Assembly: GCA_018398765.1 (NCBI GenBank)
Contig: JAHBMJ010000045.1
Coordinates: forward strand, 1 to 58,554
DNA: 58,554 nucleotides
Reading direction: 5' to 3'
Source of the DNA: Chromera velia
Taxonomy: Eukaryota
Within the stretch, counting starts at the first letter, position 1. The number at the start of each line of letters is the position of its first letter. Under the pieces are notes generated by a model. It was given only the letters and a program-made list of their open reading frames with translations, searched no databases and was not told where the DNA came from. Made by a program: the position numbers and the translations under genes. Below, piece by piece: positions 51,055 through 58,554 of the stretch.

Positions 51055-53358
51055 CTTTACCAGAAGGCAGACGATGTGTATGGGCCTCCATTCGTCACAA
51101 GAGGGAAAGATGTGACCTTTTAGAACAGGAGCGATTCGAATGAAGTTCCATTTTTCTGGCTAGAAAAAAAAAAAGGAAAAAAAGATTGAAGAAAATGAAA
51201 AGAAGAAAACGAGACAGATGAGAAGAGGAAAAGCATAAATGTACCTGCGCAGGGGAGATTCTTTTGAGGCCAGCTGCCTTCTTTGGGTCGATTGCCTTCA
51301 GTATCTTCTCACATTTATCGAAAGAGAAGAAAGGTGCTCGGGGGAGGAGCTGGTGTTTCATCCTTCTTTTGAGGCTCTAGTCCGTCCCCACTGAACACAT
51401 CGGCCCAAAAATTTGAAAACAAAAAGGCGGACGGCTTTTCTCCTTCACTCCCACTCTCTGCCTTTTTTTTTCCCTCCTCCATTTTCATAGGGCTGCTGGG
51501 TCCTTAGCAGCTTCTTCCGGGAGTCTCTCTGCCTGAAGAATAGCATATTTTCTCTTTTTTGTTGCTATCAACTTCCCTCTCTCTCTATTTAACCTGTTTA
51601 TCTTTCTCTTTGCTGTGATGCACCGCTCGTCTTCGTCCCCTCAGAGTTCCTTTTCTTCCTTCTATTCCCTTTCTGCAGATCTAACTCTCTTCTGAATCTC
51701 CCTGCATTCTTGATCCCTCTGAGGTGTGACAGCCTTTTCCTTCCTTTCACTTTTTCTCGGATGAGTTGGCTTTCGTTTTCTCTCCTTGGATTGCGCGAGT
51801 ACATGCTCCCACTGTTGGGTGAGTCTAGTTATTTGGCTTCTTAGTGGCACAGAGATAGAACAAGTAGAAAACGGAAAGGCAGAAAGTGGTATCTGAGTAG
51901 CGGGGTAAAAAGAAGGGACAGACCTACGGACAGAAACAAGGGGAGGGGGGAAGAGGGGAGGAGGAGGAGGCAAAGGTATGGATGGAATAGGCTTACCTTC
52001 TTTTTTCGATTTCAGGATCCCGGTGTCCCACAACCTAGGCCACAGCTTCCCTGCTAAATCTTTTACCGAAGTTGCCAGAGGCATCATCTCATCATTGGTG
52101 ACCGGCGTTTACCTTCCTGGCTTCGTAAAAAAAGAGGATGGAACAAGGAAACGGTGAGGCGACGAGTTGTCATTCGGTTTTGGCGGAGATGAGAGGTTGA
52201 GAGATAGAGAAACGACCGCATGTTCGGGAGCTGTGTCAGGCTGTAGCTCAACCCTAAAAGAATTCCGCAAACCAAGAAGAGGAGGATCAACTAAAAACAA
52301 ATCAATGACCGTAGCTGGGGCACCCCCTTCATAATAAGTGCAAACGCCTGTAAAGTCGACTTCAATCCCTTTCTTTTCATCTTTCCAAGACAGACCATTC
52401 AAAGAAAGGAGGTTTGCTTTCTCATAAAAGCAAATGGCAGCTCTTCCTGGTTCGTTTACGATTGAACGACAGTCAGAGCAGCGAGACAGTCCCCTAGGAC
52501 AGTCCCTCGATTGCTTCTTCCCCCTTGCCCCCCAAGATCTCTTGTAAGTCACCCGCCCTCCCGATCTGTTCCCTTTTCCATGAAATTCCTTTAGGGACCT
52601 CCTATGTGGCAATTAAAGTCTCCTGCCACAATGCGAACATCACAGACTGCATTGAGAAGCGTCTCTCTCTCTACCTCTTTCGGTTCATTGTTTCTTAGTC
52701 TCTTCTCTGCCCCCAATTGGAGGAGATAGACACCGAAAATGTGTAGAGATGCATTCGCCTCCCCTCCCTCCTGGGCCGGCAAGCAGCTTTTGAGTGTCAG
52801 TTTGACCATACTGGGCCCCACCAACTCTCAAAAAGGCTTCAGACTAGCGACTAAGCATGATCGGACAAGGATACACACCCCTCCTGTTTTTATTTCCCTG
52901 TCTTTTGCTCTTTTGTATATACTCCCAGCTTTCTTCTATACTATTTTCGATAACTGAAGTTTTTTTCTGTGTGGGTGAGTGTGTTGATTGAAGTGGTTGT
53001 GTACTTCGTTTCAGTCAGGATTGCAACATCGATCCCTTCTAACCACCGGTCAAGCAATTCATTCCCGAGATGAGAATCAAGGCCCCCGACATTCAGCGTG
53101 GTAATGGACAGCCTTCTTCCATTCACTGTCATGTTTTGTACGCCGCTTGCAGAGGAAAAAGATGAAGAAGAAGAAGAAGAAGAGAAAAGAAAAGAAGAAG
53201 AGGGAAAAGGTTCATTCTTAGAGAAAATAGAAGGAGAAGACGGTTTGAGAACCCAGTCTGGAATTGACGTGAAAGCAGAGGGGCAGGAAGAGGAAGATGA
53301 AGAGGAGAAAGAGGAAGAGGAGGAGGAGGAGGAGGAAGAAGAAAAAGAAGAAGAAGAA

Positions 53359-53405
<47 letters not shown>

Positions 53406-54155
53406 AGAAGAAGAAGAAGAGGAAAAAGAAGAAGAAGAAGAAGGGGAGGAAGAAAAAGAAGACTGACACGATGAAGAGGTAGGGTGAGGTGCCTTTTTGA
53501 GGCTAGTGATTGGCTTTCGTCTTCTGCCAGCCCAGAAAGTGGCTCTCATCGATTGAGGCACAAGTGAGGCCGAGACCCACACAGTCCTTTCCCATTCTTC
53601 CTGTCTGATTTCGTATTCTCTCTTTTTTCCATTTCCTCCCCTGACAGACACAATTTCCATAATGCGAGTCATGGGAGTGGGAGCCTCGCTTCCCGCCTCG
53701 TCAGTGGCGCTGCTTTCCTCTTGTGTCTTCTTTTCTTTACAAAAGAAACCCTTGCACCCCCCCACTCCCAGTACTCCCCCATATACATCACAGATGGGAA
53801 GACAAAAGACAGAGATAGGGGAAGCATGACCATACATATATGCATCTTCCTCTTCACTTTTTGTCTGTCTGGCTGTCTGTTTAGGTGGCTTCCTATTGCT
53901 CTCCTCTCTTTCTATTTCTGCTTGCTGTATGTCTGTCTGTCTATCTACCTGCCTTGGAGGTCTGCCTCTTTGTCTCCTCCTTCCTGGGTCTGTAGGCTGC
54001 CTGTCAGTCTGTCTACCTACCTGTTCTGGGAGTCTTTCTCTACTTCTGTTTCTTTCTGGTTCCACTGGCTGTCTGTCGGTCTGTCTATCCGCCTGTCTTG
54101 GAGGTCTTCCTCTTTGTCTGTTTTTTTCTGGTTCTTCTGGCTGCCTGTCTATCTG

Positions 54156-54737
54156 CTAGGGCCTGGCACTTATATTGGGTTACAGGTTTCAACACCCCCT
54201 ATACATAAGGGTATACCCCCCTGTAATGTTACCTTTACTTCAAAAGTGGTCCCAATCGATCAATCTCATCAGGTTACGTCTAAAAATATTAAAAACATCT
54301 TCTGTTGATTGAGGTTACATGAGAAACTGACGAAAAACGATGTGTCCCTTTCACTTTGTAGCCAAACCCCTTGTAACCTTGTAACCTGTAACCTAAAATA
54401 ATCCTCTTCAAAAGTGATGTAACCTTCGTCTACATGCATTTTAAAGTGTTTTTGAAGTGATTTAAAGAGTTTTTGAAAGTTGACTTTTTGGTCGGTTATG
54501 GACCTCAAAACCGCCTGTCACCTTGTAACCTGTAACCTTGCAAGGGGACATATATAATAAGAGGTGTAACCTCATGTAACCACATAAACTATACAGTAAA
54601 AGTGATTGATTTCGAAGTAACTCAACATACCGGACCTCCAGCTTGTGTGAAAAGCTCATCCAAATGTTTTTTGGTTCATTTTTTATGTCATTTTTACACT
54701 TGTAACCCTATATGAGCCTAAGAGTGCCCCCCTTTAG
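54156..54737. mobile_element. hAT-like MITE inserted in the LINE 5' ORF
   Basis: Perfect 8-bp TSD tctatctg at 54148-54155 and 54738-54745. Imperfect TIRs ctagggcctggcact and agtgcccccctttag. Internal tgtaacc/ggttaca repeats. Confidence 0.8.
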
Positions 54738-57165
54738 TCTATCTGCCTATCTGCAGGAGAGGGAAAAGAGAAGGGAAAAGGAGAAGGAGAAGAAGAAGAA
54801 AAAGAAAAAGAAGAAGAAAAAGAAGAAGAAGAAGAAAAGAAACGATTCCATGGATTCCTGCATCCCCTACACTGGCTAAGTATGCATCCGATGCAAGCCT
54901 AAGCAGCCATAGGGGCAGCCCTTGCTGCACCCTGTTCTCCCTGGTCTGGCTAAATAAGGACACCTACATGTCATGTTGCCATCCCCCCCCCCCCCNNNNN
55001 NNNNNNNNNNNNNNNNNNNNNNNNNNNNNCCCCCCGTTTCTCTCTTCACTTTCACTGCTTTTACACGAGTGTCGATATCAATCGAGCCTTTGTCGCAGCA
55101 TTCCGGTCACTCACCCAGCACCTTCAAGCATTGACAGCTCTGTCTGTACTCCATGAGTGAGGACACAGAGATTTTGGGGATGAGTGAAGGCAAGAAGACT
55201 CGAACGGTATTCCATCAGCTCTGACTGCTCTTGCTCAGAGAGTTCAGCAGCTCAGAGTATCTGGTGAAAGCCTGAGAATATAGAAGAAGAAAGCAGCCAA
55301 CTAGCAATAGGAAAGCACGACTGCAGCTTTGAATGACCTCAAGACAGACAGCGGAGATTCCGTAGCATGTGATGCTATCAAGGAAGGCAAGAAAAATAAG
55401 ACAGATAGCTAGGAGAATCGATGAGTCGCCGGAATAGGGGGGCTGTGCGAAGTTCAGCCTAGCAGCCTGAATTCTTTAGTATCCTGCCGCCTCAGTCAAT
55501 CGATCAGAAAATACAACGTGCGTATTTCAAGAAACAACATAAAAAATTAAGCAATACAGATTAGAATTAAACGTATGCGTGCAGATCAAAAGCAGAATGT
55601 AAGATTGTACAGGTGGATAGAAGACTGCAGATATAGACCAAAGTACCAGAATAAAAAGTGGTCCAGTAGTACTAAACTTCTATGTGCGTGTATACGAATG
55701 AGACAACTTCGGTAAAAGTATGACAAATAGCTCCAGTAAACCCAAATTTCCCAGTGCTTTGTCCTTCGTCATCCTTCTTTTCCTCTTTTTGACCCTCTCT
55801 GTCTCTTCTTCTCTTGCCGTCATTCCTATTTGTCCGCTTTTCTTGGGTTTTGACATTCATATCCCCCCCAGGCCTGCTTTCTCCATCTCCACACACTCTA
55901 ATTGGAGGAATGGAGGAAAAAACCAGAGGAGAGTTAACAGTATCGGCGTCTACCGGCCCTCTTTGAAAGCAAAATGGACCTGTGTTCTCACTACCTTTCT
56001 TGCCCTTTCTATCCTTCCCAGGGTTACTGATTTTTCTGGTGATAAAGCAAGTTGATTACCCGGTCCAGTCAACCGGTAATTACCGGTAGCATGCTATCTA
56101 AACCTTCAAAATGACTGCCTGCGCTAACCCCAGGCGGCCCTGATGGGCTGCCTGGGGTCTTATGTATGACCTTCCCCAGGCGGTCTATAAAGACCGCCTG
56201 CGGCACCCCAAGCAGTCAAGAGGTCTTTCTACATTCTCTCTATAGTATGGAAAATGTTGAAAAAAGTTTAAAAATGCCTTTATTCTAGGATTTAGTATCT
56301 GAACGCAACTTTAAAGATTCATTTACAATGCTTTAAATTAAATCAATAAATCAAAATTTTTATATAATTCTAGATATTATTTTATAGAAAAGAATTAAAT
56401 CAAATTTTCTAAATAATTTTCTAGAGTAAATTTCCACTCTGCGATAAGTTTATAAACAATGCAAAGTTGCATGTGTCACTTTTTGTTTACTTGGATTGGC
56501 ACGTCTCAGACAAGCTTGAAATCTTCTGCCTCATTATGGTGGTGAGGGACACAGGCATTGATTGCCTGTCTGAATGTTCTGCGGCGGTTCTCTTCAGCTA
56601 CAGCCTGTTCTTTTATTATATCCTCCATGTGAAACACTTCTCTCCGTTCCTCTACCTCTTCCCTCTCAGATTCTTCTTCTGCTGTATTTGCTGAAAAGGA
56701 CATGCCATCAGGTAGACGTCCCACCTCCCTCTCTTTTCTGAATTGCTCTGCTTGATTCATATTTTTAGGGGGCGCAAAACGTGCTACTTCGCACTGAGAG
56801 AGGTGTAGCGCAGGCATTGATCACATGGCTTGCTTGCCCGCCGTCGTTGAAGGCTTGCAACCTACTCTGCTGCATTGTAGTTAGCTGGGCAGGCAGCAAA
56901 CGGGAAGGCCGAGTGCGGAATTATCAATCAGTACAGTCAGCAAGCGGGAAGGCCAAGTGCAAAATTATCAATCAGTGCAGTCAGTAAGTGGGAAGGCCAA
57001 GTACGGAATCAATCAGTGAGTTAATCAATGGATATACAATGATGTGCAATGATGTGCATCTCCAGTGACAAGAGTAAGAAGAGATAAAAGTTGAAAGCAA
57101 CCGTCAACTTAATGTGTATCCACTGGTATCTATCGCTGATCGCGACTGCCGAACAAAAAGTGATT

Positions 57166-57230
57166 GAGGTTTTTGTTATGTATGCCGTGTCCCCGTGTAT
57201 GAGGGGCGGATCTAGCCTAGTCTGTCAAAA
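57166..57230. mobile_element. Terminus of the GAG...CTC TIR family, interrupted by the RLE retroelement
   Basis: tgatt|gaggtttttgttatgtatgccgtgtccccgtgtatgaggggcggatctagcctagt is the inverse of 7290-7346. Confidence 0.65.
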
Positions 57231-57299
57231 GGTTCCAGTTCGTCCCATCTGTTCTGAATCTAGGAACACTGCTCATTAATCACTTTTACTGTGGCTTAT

Positions 57300-58554
57300 T
57301 TCTTAAGCGGCGGTAGAGTAGAACTTGGAGAACAACGAAAAGAGGGGAGAGGCAGGGCAAAAACTTTCTAAAAGTTTGTCTCCTTGGCAAAGGCTACCCT
57401 TTGACGGCAGAGAACAACTTCAAAGAGACCCCCCCCATTAATCTGCCCCTCATTTTCTCAACCTTCTTTTCTTCCTTTCCTTTCATGAGTTTGCCCCCCC
57501 TTTTTTTTTCCCTTCTTGTTTGTATACAAAGAATCAATTACAAAAGGATCGCTTAGTTTGCGCCCTCCGAGTCGAAAGACCCGGAGAACGCTGCGACCTC
57601 CCTACTGAGAAGGCACTTAGGCTGGAAGGGCCCTCTGGTTCCCCTCCTGCTGTGAATTGAACAGAGAAGATTTGCGGTAACGAAACGCTGTAGCGTGTAG
57701 GAAAAACCTTTATAATACCGGTCCATCAGCCTTGTCTGCACTGCCTCATCTCCCTCTCCTCCTCTCACTTTTCCGGCCCCCAACTTCGCTATCTCTTTCA
57801 AAAAACAAATTGTTCCCTCTCCTGGTCTCCCATATGTCTCAAACACAAGAGAAACAAACTGAAATCCGATTTCATGACAGATCTCACCGTACCTGTCGTT
57901 TTTGACCTTCTCCAACGCCTTTGCTGCCGACCCTGCTGTTTTTGCGAATCTTTGCAGGCGGTTGGTATCAATTAAGAATGGATGGGTCACTGCGACGTCT
58001 CCTAGTACGGTGTCTCCTGATGGGAGACCTGCAAGGAAATCGGGACGTTTCTGTCTCTCATTGACGAGACGGGTAGGAGTAGACAAGCCTAGCTGTCCGA
58101 AGGTTGGCTCCCTTGTTACATAGTAATGATGGAGCCCCTGCAAAAGAGAGCAGAATGCATCTTTCATCTGTTCATGTCTCCATCACACTCCCCCCCCCGT
58201 GCCACAAGTCTATGCATGCTGACCCTCATGGTCCAGCGTAGCCCCACAAGCACAGATCGGGTTCCGTTTGATTTCAGGGATGGGAAGACCCAGACGGAGA
58301 CGAACGGCGGTGGTGAAAAGCATGGGGGAAATTTTTGTCCATCCAGAGGATGGCATCACAGTGAGCCAAGCTGAAGCCCCTGTGCCTGAACAAGACTTCA
58401 AACGTGCCTTCCCTGGAGGGGACAGCGCATTCAGAAGTTGTTCTCTACGAACAAGGTGGAGGGCTTCAATCATTAAGTGCTGCATCTCCCCCTTCTCATA
58501 AATTAGGAAATCATCAATTCTCTCCCCCCACTCACTTTGCAACACCCGGGGAAT
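57300..58554 (-). mobile_element. 3' part of an RLE-type non-LTR retrotransposon (CRE-like), degenerate
   Basis: ASAWL...AVRLRLGLP, zinc finger CACG...HA*TC, RHE, RPD...GDVAVTHP, K..RY and VFETYG match the restriction-like endonuclease signature. One stop and a frameshift lie near 58210-58190. The 3' end is approximate. Confidence 0.85.

Larger units (their letters stand above)
48940..55500 (-). mobile_element. Degenerate APE-type non-LTR retrotransposon (LINE); 5' end approximate
   Basis: APE motifs ITTLNVGGL, DVAILTETK, GGVCILVR, AGDFNCHIG and IDLF (53110-52200). RT motifs QVGFRKG, FVDFSKAFDRV, GVKQGDPLS, YADD and YKYLG (51054-50270). C-terminal CIHC...H...C (~49430-49370). (GTAA)n 3' tail at 48942-48961. 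Frameshifts and stops are present. Confidence 0.9.

Overview
Repeat-rich eukaryotic genomic DNA with spliceosomal introns and many microsatellites. Recurrent TGCATGCA suggests an alveolate or chromerid, but that is inference only. Three host genes lie on the minus strand: exon 1 of a kinesin-1 heavy chain, a 7-exon SLC35A-type nucleotide-sugar transporter, and a multi-exon MYND zinc-finger protein. Much of the rest is nested, mostly decayed transposons: several hAT-like TIR elements with 8-bp TSDs, a GAG...CTC-ended family that seems to target TGATCA, a Penelope-like RT remnant, an APE-type LINE with a chromodomain-like segment ahead of the endonuclease, and the 3' part of an RLE-type non-LTR element. 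The most notable feature is an ~11.4-kb TIR DNA transposon (35780-47171) inside a (CA/TA)n microsatellite. It carries a spliced Sola-type DDD transposase pseudogene and a divergent second spliced gene ending in a DOT1-like SAM-dependent methyltransferase domain. All assignments are by eye from motifs; no database searches were run.
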